A stretch of 64,000 nt of DNA from an uncultured Desulfosarcinaceae bacterium (GTDB lineage: Bacteria > Desulfobacterota > Desulfobacteria > Desulfobacterales > JAFDCJ01): positions 40,079-104,078 of the forward strand of contig CAZGNV010000004.1 in assembly GCA_964527835.1 (NCBI GenBank). Direction: 5' to 3'. The position numbers and the translations under genes were made by a program. The notes below the pieces were generated by a model. That model ran no database searches. It was given only the letters and a program-made list of their open reading frames with translations, and was not told where the DNA came from. Position 1 is the first letter of the stretch; each line of letters starts with the position of its first letter. Shown here in pieces: positions 1 to 9,147 of the stretch.

Positions 1-207
1 TTCTCCGGCGGCGATGGCCGCCCCGATAAAGCCGACCCAGACCACCAGGTAGCGCACCAGGGCGTCACTCCATGGCAGTCCCGTGGAAAAAAAATTGCGC
101 AGCACGATTTGAAAAAACGCCAGCAGGATCATCACCGTCAGCAGGATGGTGATCAGAACCTGTTCCACACGGCCGATTTTTTTATCCAGCTGATCCCAGA
201 TATTCAT
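1..207 (-). CDS. dctQ: TRAP transporter small permease (partial, runs off window start)
   Basis: Manual translation MNIWDQLDKKIGRVEQVLITILLTVMILLAFFQIVLRNFFSTGLPWSDALVRYLVVWVGFIGAAIA matches the DctQ pattern (RxFF..G..W..EL.RY..VW..F.GA); lies directly downstream of dctP. Confidence 0.85.
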   Translation of the reverse strand, partial: MNIWDQLDKKIGRVEQVLITILLTVMILLAFFQIVLRNFFSTGLPWSDALVRYLVVWVGFIGAAIAAGE

Positions 208-231
208 GGTCGTTATTTTTTTACGATTTCA

Positions 232-1254
232 TCATTTTTTGGATTTGCGATAGGCCTCCAGCAGGTCGGTGACCTGTTTTTTGACCTCGGGCGAAAAGCT
301 TTTGCCCATCTGGCGCGCCATGGCTTTGCGCGCGATTTCCTTGAAGCGCGCGATTTGATCCGGTGGCAGTTTGACAAGCTTGACCCCATGGCGGACCATC
401 ACCTGGATGGCTTCCTGGTTTTCCCGGCGAATGATTTGTTTTAAGCGTTCCATGTGTTCTGAGCAAACCGCCAGCAGGATTTTCTGGTTTTCCGGCGACA
501 GCCGGTTAAAGGATTTTTGGGTGACAACCAGGGCACCGACGAGATAAAGCAAGGGCAGATCGGTCATATATTTGGTTTTGGTAAACCACTGCAGGGAAAT
601 GGCTCCGCTCGGCGGGGCGTATACCACGTCCACCAGGCCGGTCTGAAGGCCCACCAGGACGTCGGGCAGCGAAAGCGGGATGGCGGATATGCCGGCCTCA
701 TCGAAAATAGCCTTGGCCATGGGGGCGTCCTCCCAGGTCCAGACCTTGGCTTTGTGCAAATCATCCAAAGAGGCGATGGGTACGGTGGACATCAGACGGA
801 TGAATCCGCCTTCGGACCAGGACAGCAGCATGTAGCCTTTTTTCGCAAAGCCCTTCCTGAACTGCGCGATCATTTTGCTTTCCACGTAATCGACTTCATC
901 ATAGGATTCAAACAGAAAGGGGATTTGAAACACGTCCATTTCACTGTAGATGGTTGACAGACCGGCAGAAGTTAGCACAGCGCCCTGGATCTGTCCGACG
1001 TACATCTTGCGGATCATGTCCCTTTCATCACCCAGGACCCCGCCCGCATAAACTTTGAACCGTACGGTGCCATTGGTTTTTTTCTTCAACTCGGCATTGA
1101 TGCCCTCAAAGGTTTCGATCCAGGCGCTTCCTTCCGGCGCCAGGGTGGCAATCTTAATGACGCTCTTACGGGGGCCGGCGTCGGCTGCCATGGCCGTTAC
1201 AAGCAGGACCAGAATTCCCAATCCCATTAATTTAAATGGTTGCCTTGATTTCAT
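232..1254 (-). CDS. dctP: TRAP transporter substrate-binding protein (TatP-type DctP)
   Basis: Signal peptide, IKIATLAPEGSAW, YAGGVLGDE, LQTGLVD motifs; adjacent to tatT and dctQ. Confidence 0.93.
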   Translation of the reverse strand: MKSRQPFKLMGLGILVLLVTAMAADAGPRKSVIKIATLAPEGSAWIETFEGINAELKKKTNGTVRFKVYAGGVLGDERDMIRKMYVGQIQGAVLTSAGLSTIYSEMDVFQIPFLFESYDEVDYVESKMIAQFRKGFAKKGYMLLSWSEGGFIRLMSTVPIASLDDLHKAKVWTWEDAPMAKAIFDEAGISAIPLSLPDVLVGLQTGLVDVVYAPPSGAISLQWFTKTKYMTDLPLLYLVGALVVTQKSFNRLSPENQKILLAVCSEHMERLKQIIRRENQEAIQVMVRHGVKLVKLPPDQIARFKEIARKAMARQMGKSFSPEVKKQVTDLLEAYRKSKK

Positions 1255-1268
1255 CAGCGATTCTCCGG

Positions 1269-2141
1269 CTAGAAATATTCGTCGGTTAAGGCCAACATCT
1301 TTTTGGCTTTGACGTGGGCCACGGTGTTGAGCAGGGTCAAAGCGGGTTCGACATCCGCCGGGGTGTCCAGCACTGTTTCCAGGGTGGATACGAACAACTG
1401 GCGGTCCAATGCCTTGCGGGCGTAGTAGTTGGCGTAATAGACCCGGGCCATCAGAAATTTTTTCCCACCCAGCTCGATGGCTTTCAGAAAATGATCCCGG
1501 GCCCGGTTCAGATCACCGCCGGCGATGGGGGGCCTTGACGCATCCATGATGCCCATGAAAATATGCGCCCCTCCGTAATAAAAGGCTTCGTCCAACTCCA
1601 GCACCCGTCTCATCATCAGCTCCACCCGGGGGATTTCCGCCCGGGCCTCCATGGAACGCAGGTTCAAACTGATCCAGTTCGCCCAGCAGGATCCGGCCCA
1701 GAAAAGATAAGGCACATCGTTTTTACCTAGCGCCTTGATCTGTTTTTCAAAGTCCTCAAAGGAGCTGGCAGGCGGATCCTGAACCCCGATCTGCTCCAGG
1801 GCGCGCAGCGCGTATTGCCGCGCCCGGCTGAAAAGCAGGCGGGCATGGGCTTTGTCCGTATCCTGGACAAAGGCTGAGGCGTAGGAGGCATACGTCTGGG
1901 CGGCGGTAATCAGCAGGCGTTTGTTGTCGGGCACGGCCTCGACCATGCCGTCGATCAGCATCAGGTAAGCGGGCATTCCCTGGCGGACCAGTTCCAGGTC
2001 GGACTGGCGGTTGGCGGATCTGGCGACATCTTCCAGCAGCGAGGCGGTGGCCCCCACGGTCAGGGTCTTGTTGGTCAGGCAGGCGGTGGGAAGGAGCATG
2101 CATATCAGTGCGCACCATCTGGCAGCCTTCATCGAAAACAT
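1269..2141 (-). CDS. tatT: TRAP transporter TatT component (TPR-like lipoprotein)
   Basis: Lipobox-like LLPTAC, all-helical content, LELDEAFYYGGAH and C-terminal EYF; upstream of dctP. Confidence 0.87.
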   Translation of the reverse strand: MFSMKAARWCALICMLLPTACLTNKTLTVGATASLLEDVARSANRQSDLELVRQGMPAYLMLIDGMVEAVPDNKRLLITAAQTYASYASAFVQDTDKAHARLLFSRARQYALRALEQIGVQDPPASSFEDFEKQIKALGKNDVPYLFWAGSCWANWISLNLRSMEARAEIPRVELMMRRVLELDEAFYYGGAHIFMGIMDASRPPIAGGDLNRARDHFLKAIELGGKKFLMARVYYANYYARKALDRQLFVSTLETVLDTPADVEPALTLLNTVAHVKAKKMLALTDEYF

Positions 2142-2172
2142 TTGTCAGTCCTCCCCCAAAAAAATATCAAAA

Positions 2173-2201
2173 AGTATAGAAGACGGTACGTTGTGCGTCA
2201 A
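2173..2201 (-). promoter_or_regulatory. Sigma70-type promoter for tatT-dctP-dctQ
   Basis: Minus strand TTGACG-17 nt-TATACT, about 30 nt upstream of the tatT start. Confidence 0.6.
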
Positions 2202-2212
2202 GCAAAAAAGCG

Positions 2213-2228
2213 CCACAATATATTGTGG
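2213..2228. promoter_or_regulatory. Perfect 16-bp palindrome, NrdR-box-like operator
   Basis: CCACAATATATTGTGG; matches the NrdR consensus acaCwAtATaTwGtgt at 14 of 16 positions by eye; lies in the divergent tatT/aor intergenic region. Confidence 0.5.
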
Positions 2229-2253
2229 TTGTTGCCCTTAAGCGAGAAAATTC

Positions 2254-2273
2254 GACTTTTTACGACTTCATCA
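2254..2273. repeat. Isolated terminal repeat of a MITE-like family
   Basis: GACTTTTTACGACTTCATCA is the reverse complement (19/20) of TGATGAAGTCGCAAAAAGTC at 22984-23003. Confidence 0.6.
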
Positions 2274-2390
2274 TCTATAGTCAATTCGTCTATTGTTTTT
2301 GTTCGCTCCCTGTTCTTTTTTACATAATTACATGCACATTGCAACCGAACCCATTTTACGTTCCTTCAGGGTTTTGAAGGCGATAGTTTT

Positions 2391-2419
2391 TTGACATGCG
2401 GCGGTCTTTCGCTTATACT
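2391..2419 (+). promoter_or_regulatory. Sigma70-type promoter for aor
   Basis: TTGACA-17 nt-TATACT upstream of an AGGAG RBS and ATG 2465. Confidence 0.65.
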
Positions 2420-2464
2420 GCCGCCCAGTATCCACTGATAACCTCGAAACAGGAGATTCGTTGT

Positions 2465-4363
2465 ATGCCCTATGGATACGCCGGCAAAATTTTACATGTC
2501 GATCTGGACGATCGCCGGATCGAGATTGAAGAACAAGACGAAGCCTTTTACCGACGCTATCTGGGCGGCCGGGGCATCGGCTACCATTATCTGATGCAAA
2601 TGGTGCCGGCCGGGATCGATCCCTTTTCGGCGGACAACATCCTGGTGCTGGCCACCGGGGTGATGACGGGTTGTCCGCTGGCGGCTGCCTGTCGTTTTGC
2701 CGCGGTGGGAAAATCGCCGCTCACCGGCACGGCGGGCGAATCGGAGGCTGCCGGTTTTTTCGGGCCGGAGCTTAAAAAGGCCGGCTTTGACGCCGTGGTG
2801 TTGCGGGGACGCTCGGAAACGCCGGTTTACCTGTGGGTCCATGACGGCCGGGCCGAGATCAAGGATGCCTCCCGGATCGCCCGGCTGGGCGCCCGGGAGG
2901 TGGAAGACGCCATCCGGGAGGAGTTGGGCGGCCGCCGCATCCGGGTGGCCCAGACGGGTCTGGCCGGCATGAACCGGGTGCGCTATGCCAACATCACCAA
3001 CAACCTCGGCCATTTCAACGGCCGGGGCGGCTTCGGCGCCTTGATGGGTGCCAAAAACCTTCGAGCCGTGGCCGCCCTGGGACGCGGCAAAATCGATTTT
3101 TTTGATCCTGGTTTTCTGCGGCAGACCGCTGCAGACTATGCCCGCAGTTTTCGCGACAATCCCCTGGGAGAAGCGCTTTATGAGTACGGCACCACTGCCT
3201 TTCCGGAACTGCTGTCGGCCGCCGGCGCGCTGCCGGTGGATAATTTCCGGCGCAGCCGCCTGGACGATGCCGCCCCGGTCAGCGCGGAAGAATACAACCG
3301 GCTGCTGTTGAAGAAAAAAAAGGGCTGTTATGCCTGCCCGATCCAATGCAAGCGCGTGGTCGCCCTGGAGGATCCCCGCTACGGATTGGATTCACGCTAC
3401 GGCGGACCTGAATACGAAACCATCGCTGCTCTGGGGACCAATCTGAATATCGTGGATTTAAAAGCCATCGCCAAGGGCAATGAAATCTGCAACCGCTATT
3501 GCCTGGACACCATTTCCGCGGGGATGACCATTGCCTTTGCCTGCGAGTGCTTCGAGCAGGGTGTGATTTCAATAGAAGATACCGGCGGGCGGCAACTGCG
3601 GTTCGGCGATGCCGATTTGATGATTGAGCTGCTGGAAATGATCGCCCACCGGCAGGGGTTCGGCGACCAGCTGGCGGAAGGCATGGCGCGCCTGGCGCAA
3701 CAATGGGGGGTTGCCGACCGGCCGTGGAATCTTGCGGTCAAGGGCCAGGAAATCCCCATGCACGATCCGCGCGTCAAGGTTTCCGTCGGGCTGGGATATG
3801 CCCTCAGTCCCTACGGTGCGGATCACATGACCGCCGCCCACGACCCTTATTTTACCGATGAAAACTCGTTCATGTTTCAATCAGTCAAACCGCTGGGCAT
3901 CTACCGGCCCATGGTCGCCACCGAGATTACCAACGAGAAGGTTCGCAGCTACCTGCGCCTGGAAAACCTTTGGCGGATGATGGATGCACTGGGCCTGTGC
4001 GTGTTCGGCTATGCTCCGCGCGGTGTCATGCCGCTGCCGGTCATGGTCCGGTGTGTGACGGCCGTCACCGGGTGGCAGACCAGCCTCTTCGAGATGCTCA
4101 AAGCCGCCGAGCGCGGTTCCATGCTGGCGCGGGCGTTTAACAGTCGGGAGGGGTTTTCCATCAAGGATGATCGGCTGCCCCTGCGGTTGTTCGATCCCAA
4201 ACCGGATGGACCCGGCGCCGGCAAGACGATTTTCGAACAGGACGATTTTGACCGGGCCGTGGCATTGTTTTACGAAATGATCGGCTGCGATCCCAAATCC
4301 GGCCGTCCCCACAGGGGCAAGCTCATGGAGCTGGGCCTGGAATGGGCGGAAGCACTGCTTTAA
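2465..4363 (+). CDS. aor: Aldehyde:ferredoxin oxidoreductase (tungsten/molybdopterin AOR family)
   Basis: GYAGKILHVDL start, KSPLTG, GRGGFGALMGAKNLRAV, CYACPIQC, GPEYET, DTISAG, DDRLP motifs; start moved to ATG 2465 behind the RBS. Confidence 0.93.
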   Translation: MPYGYAGKILHVDLDDRRIEIEEQDEAFYRRYLGGRGIGYHYLMQMVPAGIDPFSADNILVLATGVMTGCPLAAACRFAAVGKSPLTGTAGESEAAGFFGPELKKAGFDAVVLRGRSETPVYLWVHDGRAEIKDASRIARLGAREVEDAIREELGGRRIRVAQTGLAGMNRVRYANITNNLGHFNGRGGFGALMGAKNLRAVAALGRGKIDFFDPGFLRQTAADYARSFRDNPLGEALYEYGTTAFPELLSAAGALPVDNFRRSRLDDAAPVSAEEYNRLLLKKKKGCYACPIQCKRVVALEDPRYGLDSRYGGPEYETIAALGTNLNIVDLKAIAKGNEICNRYCLDTISAGMTIAFACECFEQGVISIEDTGGRQLRFGDADLMIELLEMIAHRQGFGDQLAEGMARLAQQWGVADRPWNLAVKGQEIPMHDPRVKVSVGLGYALSPYGADHMTAAHDPYFTDENSFMFQSVKPLGIYRPMVATEITNEKVRSYLRLENLWRMMDALGLCVFGYAPRGVMPLPVMVRCVTAVTGWQTSLFEMLKAAERGSMLARAFNSREGFSIKDDRLPLRLFDPKPDGPGAGKTIFEQDDFDRAVALFYEMIGCDPKSGRPHRGKLMELGLEWAEALL

Positions 4364-4373
4364 TGGAGGGGCC

Positions 4374-4820
4374 ATGTTCGGCCGAGACAGGAAAAACAAA
4401 AACTGCAGGGCACCGTCGACCGGGACGGTTGCTGCTGATGAAGGCAGATCCTGGCTACCGGGTGAAAACAATGGCAATGCAAAAACCGTCATCGGCGAGC
4501 ACGTTGCCGTTGAAGGTCATTTTAAGGGCTGGCAGGATCTGGTAATTGAAGGTGCGGTAAAGGGCACCATCGACATCCGCCCCCATGATCTGGAAGTGGG
4601 TCCCGGGGGGCGGGTGGAAGCCGAAATCCGCGCCCAAAACGTCAGCCTCCGTGGCCGGCTCTGGGGCAGTGTTGACGCTTTGGAAAGGGTGGTCATTGCC
4701 CGGCAGGCGGAATTTTTCGGCAATATCAAAACCCGCCGCCTGGCGGTTGAAGACGGGGCCTGCTTCAAAGCAATGATTGAACTGGCAGCGCCGCCCGCGG
4801 CGCAAAAAAAGGAGGACTGA
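4374..4820 (+). CDS. Bactofilin (polymer-forming cytoskeletal protein)
   Basis: TVIGEHVAVEGHFKGWQDLVIEGAVKGTI and LEVGPGGRVEAEIRA beta-helix repeats. Confidence 0.85.
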   Translation: MFGRDRKNKNCRAPSTGTVAADEGRSWLPGENNGNAKTVIGEHVAVEGHFKGWQDLVIEGAVKGTIDIRPHDLEVGPGGRVEAEIRAQNVSLRGRLWGSVDALERVVIARQAEFFGNIKTRRLAVEDGACFKAMIELAAPPAAQKKED

Positions 4821-4823
4821 CCC

Positions 4824-5444
4824 TTGGCGCATGCAAGTCCGCCATCTCTAGGCGCAGCAGTGCCCGGTTCCATCCCGTCAGGGTACACCAGCACGATCTT
4901 AAAACTGTTTATGGATCACCTGGCCCGCTGGAAGGAGGTCCAGATCCTTGATGTGGGACCGGTCTGCGAAGAAAACATCATGTTTTTCGCCCGGCGCATG
5001 AAACGGCTTTATGTCTGCGATATGTTCAGGCATTTGCAGCGGGAAATGTCCGAGGGACCCGGTTTTTCCAGTTGGCTGGATCATCTGGATTACCCGCAGC
5101 GCCATTTTGACGGCATCATGTTGTGGGATCTGTGTGATCACCTGCCCGATGCGCCAATGCGTCAGCTGTTCAAGCGCTGTTTCAGCGTGCTGCGGTCCAA
5201 AGGCCTGCTGATGTTGACGGCTTTTGAAAAACCCCCGCAACCCCCGCAGGTCGCCACCTTTGTCATTGGTCAGGATTTTCGCATGGATCTGCGGCGGCAG
5301 CCTCACCTGGAGCTTGGCTGGCATTGTCGGCACAACCGGGCGCTGATGTCAGAGCTGACCGATTTTAAGCATGTCAAATCCTATCGCCATCGCAGCGGTC
5401 TGAGGGAGTTATTGTTCAGAAAACCGGGGTTGATCCGAGATTAA
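4824..5444 (+). CDS. Class I SAM-methyltransferase-like protein with degenerate motif I
   Basis: ILDVGP, LYVCD, FDGIMLWDLCDHL, LRSKGLL pattern. Confidence 0.6.
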   Translation: MAHASPPSLGAAVPGSIPSGYTSTILKLFMDHLARWKEVQILDVGPVCEENIMFFARRMKRLYVCDMFRHLQREMSEGPGFSSWLDHLDYPQRHFDGIMLWDLCDHLPDAPMRQLFKRCFSVLRSKGLLMLTAFEKPPQPPQVATFVIGQDFRMDLRRQPHLELGWHCRHNRALMSELTDFKHVKSYRHRSGLRELLFRKPGLIRD

Positions 5445-5520
5445 AAGCAATTTTTCAATAAATTGCGGTCTGAGCCGCGCAATATGCATTTGGCCTTGCT
5501 CCCGGTTCCAAGCGGTCTAC

Positions 5521-6105
5521 ATGCAGAATTCACGTCTAACATGGCTTGCAAGCTTCATTGTTATGGTGGTGGCACTGGGCAATTTGCATGTTGCCCGGGC
5601 GGGTGACGGTCAACATGAGGTGATCCCGATGCGCTATGGAATGGCTGCCGTCGGGGGACGAACGTTTGACCCGGTCTCTGATATTTACTATGGCCAACTG
5701 ATGGGCTTTGTCATGTGGGATTATGATAAAGTGTGGCGTCACTGGGCGCCGGAGCCGCTGCGTTTCAAAGTCGAGGCCACCGTGGGCATGACGGTGTCGC
5801 CCCGGGTGCGACCCATGGCGTCGGTGGGCATGATGGCCCTGTATTACCTGGAATTTCTTTCGAGCCACCGGCTGGATCCTTACCTGGAAGGTGGCATCGG
5901 ACTGATATATACCGATTTTCAGGTCAAAGGCCAGGGATCCGACTTCAATTTTAATCCCCGCATCGGCATGGGCACCGAAATCAGCGTCAAATCCGGGGCG
6001 CCGTTTTTTTCGGCTGTGCGCCTTTCCCACATCTCCAATGCCGGGCTGAAAAGTGACAATCGCGGGGTCAACGCCGTGGAGTTGATCATCGGCCGGTTTT
6101 TCTAG
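5521..6105 (+). CDS. Acyloxyacyl hydrolase / PagL-like outer-membrane beta-barrel
   Basis: Signal peptide, PYLEGGIGLIY, FNFNPRIGMG, RLSHISNAGL..DNRGVN, terminal Phe. Confidence 0.78.
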   Translation: MQNSRLTWLASFIVMVVALGNLHVARAGDGQHEVIPMRYGMAAVGGRTFDPVSDIYYGQLMGFVMWDYDKVWRHWAPEPLRFKVEATVGMTVSPRVRPMASVGMMALYYLEFLSSHRLDPYLEGGIGLIYTDFQVKGQGSDFNFNPRIGMGTEISVKSGAPFFSAVRLSHISNAGLKSDNRGVNAVELIIGRFF

Positions 6106-6161
6106 TGTAGCGGTCCGATGCAAATTGCAATTAACAATGAATCCGGGATTGTAAAGCGAAG

Positions 6162-7307
6162 GTGAACCGATCAACCAACAATGAATCCAGACGGGTGGTC
6201 ATTACGGACATGGCGGCTGTCACTGCCTTGGGGGCCGACCTGGAAACGCTGTGGCAGGCGCTGGTGGCCGGCAGCAGCGGCATCGGACCGGTCACCCGTT
6301 TTCCCGTGGACGGCTATGATGCAAAGGTGGTTGCCGCAATTGACGATCTTGTTCCCTCCGGCAGCCGTTCCATGCTGCACGAATTGCTGGGCCGGCTTTT
6401 GTCCGCCATGGGACCGGTGCCGTCCGATGCCTTTTTGATTGCCGCCACCCTAAAGGCCGGCATCGACAACCTTCAGGCGGTGTGCCGCGGAAATCCGGCC
6501 GGCTTTGAAGATGTTTTACTTTCTTCTTTATGCGGCATCGTCGGCCGCAATCTGGGCTTGACGTGCAGCGGCATCACCATCAGCGCCACCTGCGCCTCTT
6601 CGACCATCGCCCTGGCCCATGCAGCGGCCCTGATTGATGCTGGTCGCATGGACGCGGTGCTGGTTTGCAGTGCGGAGCTGATCACGGAATACGCTTTTGC
6701 CGGTTTTTCGGCTTTAAAAGCCCTGTCGCCGGTTGCCTGCCGCCCGTTTGACCGTGATCGCAACGGCTTGTCCCTTGGCGAGGGAGCGGCCGGGCTGCTG
6801 TTGATGAGTGCCGCCCGGGCCCGGCGGGAAAATCGAACTCAGCTGGGCACCCTCCTGGGCTGGGGGATCTCCAATGATGCCACCCATATCACGGCCCCGG
6901 CAAAAAGCGGCCAGGGGCTGGTGCAGGCCATTGAGCAGGCCCTGAAAACAGCCGGCTGCAAAGCCGAAGCGATCGGGGCGGTCAACACCCATGGCACCGG
7001 CACGGTTTACAACGATTTGATGGAGCTGACCGCCTTGCGGCAGATATTCGGCAGCCGCCGGCTGCCGATCTATTCGATCAAGGGGGCCGTCGGGCATACC
7101 CTCGGGGCGGCCGGGGCCGTGGAGGCCATCGTGGGAGTCAAAACCCTGGCGACCGGCATGGCGCCGCCCACGGCGGGATTCAGGCACCCCGAAAATGGGG
7201 CTGAAGGCCTGGTGAACAGCGAGGTCCAGCCGGTTGCCGGGGATTTTCTGTTAACCACCAATTCAGGGTTCGGCGGTGTGAATGCCGCCCTGATTATCGG
7301 AAAATAG
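6162..7307 (+). CDS. Beta-ketoacyl-ACP synthase (FabF-like KS)
   Basis: ATCASS catalytic Cys, NTHGTGT, KGAVGHTLGAAG, NSGFGG. Confidence 0.92.
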   Translation: MNRSTNNESRRVVITDMAAVTALGADLETLWQALVAGSSGIGPVTRFPVDGYDAKVVAAIDDLVPSGSRSMLHELLGRLLSAMGPVPSDAFLIAATLKAGIDNLQAVCRGNPAGFEDVLLSSLCGIVGRNLGLTCSGITISATCASSTIALAHAAALIDAGRMDAVLVCSAELITEYAFAGFSALKALSPVACRPFDRDRNGLSLGEGAAGLLLMSAARARRENRTQLGTLLGWGISNDATHITAPAKSGQGLVQAIEQALKTAGCKAEAIGAVNTHGTGTVYNDLMELTALRQIFGSRRLPIYSIKGAVGHTLGAAGAVEAIVGVKTLATGMAPPTAGFRHPENGAEGLVNSEVQPVAGDFLLTTNSGFGGVNAALIIGK

Positions 7308-7309
7308 CC

Positions 7310-8029
7310 TTGAAAATGAATGTCCACATTACCGGAATCGGCTGGATCACTGCAGCCGGCAAGGGTTGCGGCCACCAGCAGGCGCATTTTTCGATGCCCG
7401 GCGGCCAGCTGCTGGAGATCAAAGCTTCAGACATTACTGCCGAGCCGTATCCGAATTTCAGACGCCTGGATGCTTACTGCCGCTTAGGGCTGGCGGCGGT
7501 CGCCTTTGCCCTGCGCGATGCCGGCCTGGATCAATGGGATGTCAAACGCGATATCGGCGTCATCGTCTCCACCGTGTACGGCTGCCTGGGCACTGACGTG
7601 GATTACTACCTGACCTTAATCCCCGAAGACGGCGCCAATGCCAGCCCGGTCCTGTTTTCCTATACCTCCCCAAACAGCTTTCTGGGGGAAGCCGCAATTT
7701 TTTTCGGGCTGACCGGACCCGGCTTTGCCATCGCCGAACAGCACCCCACAGGACTGGGCGCCTTGCAGGCGGCCATGATCCAGCTTTTCCGGCATGATGT
7801 GGGAAAACTGCTGGCCGGTGTGTGCGATGTGGGATGCCCCCCGCTTTTCAACCAACCCGCCACCGTGCCCCCCGGCGCTGTTTTTTTGATGCTCGAAAAA
7901 TTCCCGGACGCAAACCCCCGATCTTATGGCCAGCTTGACTTGAGTCCCAAAGGCGCTTTGCGGTTCAATGCAAATCCGGTCACGGACTTGACGACCCTGG
8001 TTCAGCACTGCCTGGATTCCCGCCGTTAG
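7310..8029 (+). CDS. Truncated non-catalytic KS partner (chain-length-factor-like)
   Basis: RRLDAYCRLGL, SPVLFSYTSPNSFLG, GLTGP; lacks catalytic Cys and His; immediately follows the KS. Confidence 0.8.
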   Translation: MKMNVHITGIGWITAAGKGCGHQQAHFSMPGGQLLEIKASDITAEPYPNFRRLDAYCRLGLAAVAFALRDAGLDQWDVKRDIGVIVSTVYGCLGTDVDYYLTLIPEDGANASPVLFSYTSPNSFLGEAAIFFGLTGPGFAIAEQHPTGLGALQAAMIQLFRHDVGKLLAGVCDVGCPPLFNQPATVPPGAVFLMLEKFPDANPRSYGQLDLSPKGALRFNANPVTDLTTLVQHCLDSRR

Positions 8030-8033
8030 CTGA

Positions 8034-8668
8034 GGGTCAAATTTGATTGCCGGGTCCTGGGTGGTTACGTAATAGCCTGACGACGGGGAAATGGCAGTTG
8101 GAGGTGGAGGTGGTGCCGGTGTTCCGATTGTGACATCGTCAATATACCATCCATCAGTGGTGGCACCACCGCCTCTTTCACGCAACCGGAAACGAACTTT
8201 AACCGTCTGGCCGCTGTAGGCGCTCAAATCGAGACGCCGTTCGTGCCACGTACTGATACTACCGGCATAATGTGCAAGATAATCTCAGGTCAAACCACCG
8301 TCCGTGATTATTTCTACATAACCGTAATCATCATCGGAAGAATAAAAATGATTGGCGAATTCATAATGCTGCCAGAAGGTCATGATGATGGAGGTAGATA
8401 CTGGTAACTCTATGCATGGTGAAATAAGAGCAGTACTCGCATCGGCAGGATAATTTTCATCCGGGCTGTCTGTCATGCAATGGTCAGCACTATGGTAGTC
8501 GGTTGTAATTAAAGCCCAGGTTCCTTCCGCTGTCCAACCTGCAGCTCCGCCCTCGAAATTCTCAGTAAAAGCCTCCGCGTGTCCGGGTAAGATCAGCAAA
8601 ACGAAAATAAATAGCAGAATCATTGACCATGCGCTTGCTTGTTTAAAAAAAACACCCATTTTTTTCAT
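8034..8668 (-). pseudogene. Secreted jelly-roll (MAM/immune-inhibitor-like) domain protein, interrupted by an in-frame TGA and 3' truncated
   Basis: ORFs 8285..8707 and 7616..8227 are in the same frame; read-through gives ITDGGLT*DYLAHYAGSISTWHERRLDLSAYSGQTVKVRFRL..GWYIDDV; signal peptide from ATG 8668. Confidence 0.72.
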
Positions 8669-8789
8669 CGTTCTCTCCCTTCCATGTTGATGTGAAAGGC
8701 TGAACATGAAAAGCTCAATTGCAAATAAAGATACAAAAGCTTTTCCCTATTGACCTGCTCGCTTTAAAACAAGTACAGGCAGAAAAGCA

Positions 8790-8830
8790 AAAGCCTCCAA
8801 AGAGGTTAAAATACCCTCCTTGGAGGCTTT
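8790..8830 (-). terminator. Intrinsic-terminator-like hairpin
   Basis: AAAGCCTCCAA..TTGGAGGCTTT stem followed by TTTTGCTTTT on the minus strand. Confidence 0.55.
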
Positions 8831-8980
8831 GTATCGGCAACTTCATAAAACCCTTCTTCATGGCTTGCTCCAGAAGATATTGGGTTGTTAACGGCCGAAT
8901 ATTAATAAAAAAGCAAGCTGCCCTATAATAGAACACTCCTCAATGTCAAGACAATTGTGGTTGCGGAAATTAATAGGGGA

Positions 8981-9120
8981 TCACATCTTGACTGGCAATT
9001 TAATATATTCAAGTTTTTTGTGTATGCCCTTGTTTTTTCCAGTAGGTCATTGAAAACTGCCGCCCGTCGGCTTACCGCGGAATAGGCCTGCCCGAACTTG
9101 TCTCCGATTTGCCAGTTAAT
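8981..9120 (-). pseudogene. C-terminal HTH remnant of a Y1 (REP-associated/IS200-like) transposase
   Basis: QIGDKFGQAYSAVSRRAAVFNDLLEK; adding one base in the A-run gives NKGIHKKLEYIKLPVKM-stop; homologous to the remnant at 51230-51343. Confidence 0.6.
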
Positions 9121-9147
9121 TGTTATTAGAGAAGACTCCACGGTCTT

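Noticed and set aside
8285-8287. In-frame TGA read as selenocysteine or an alternative genetic code
   Set aside because: The position corresponds to Trp in DGGxTW, not Cys, and TGA serves as a normal stop in many genes of this window
8887-8898. Half attC (TCGGCCGTTAAC on the minus strand)
   Set aside because: Only about 11 nt match the 52618 site, with no left arm; could be chance
8710-8900. c-di-GMP-I riboswitch (GTTGCCGA followed by a terminator)
   Set aside because: The GGCAAA/GAAA/GACGCAAAG P1-P2 core is not present
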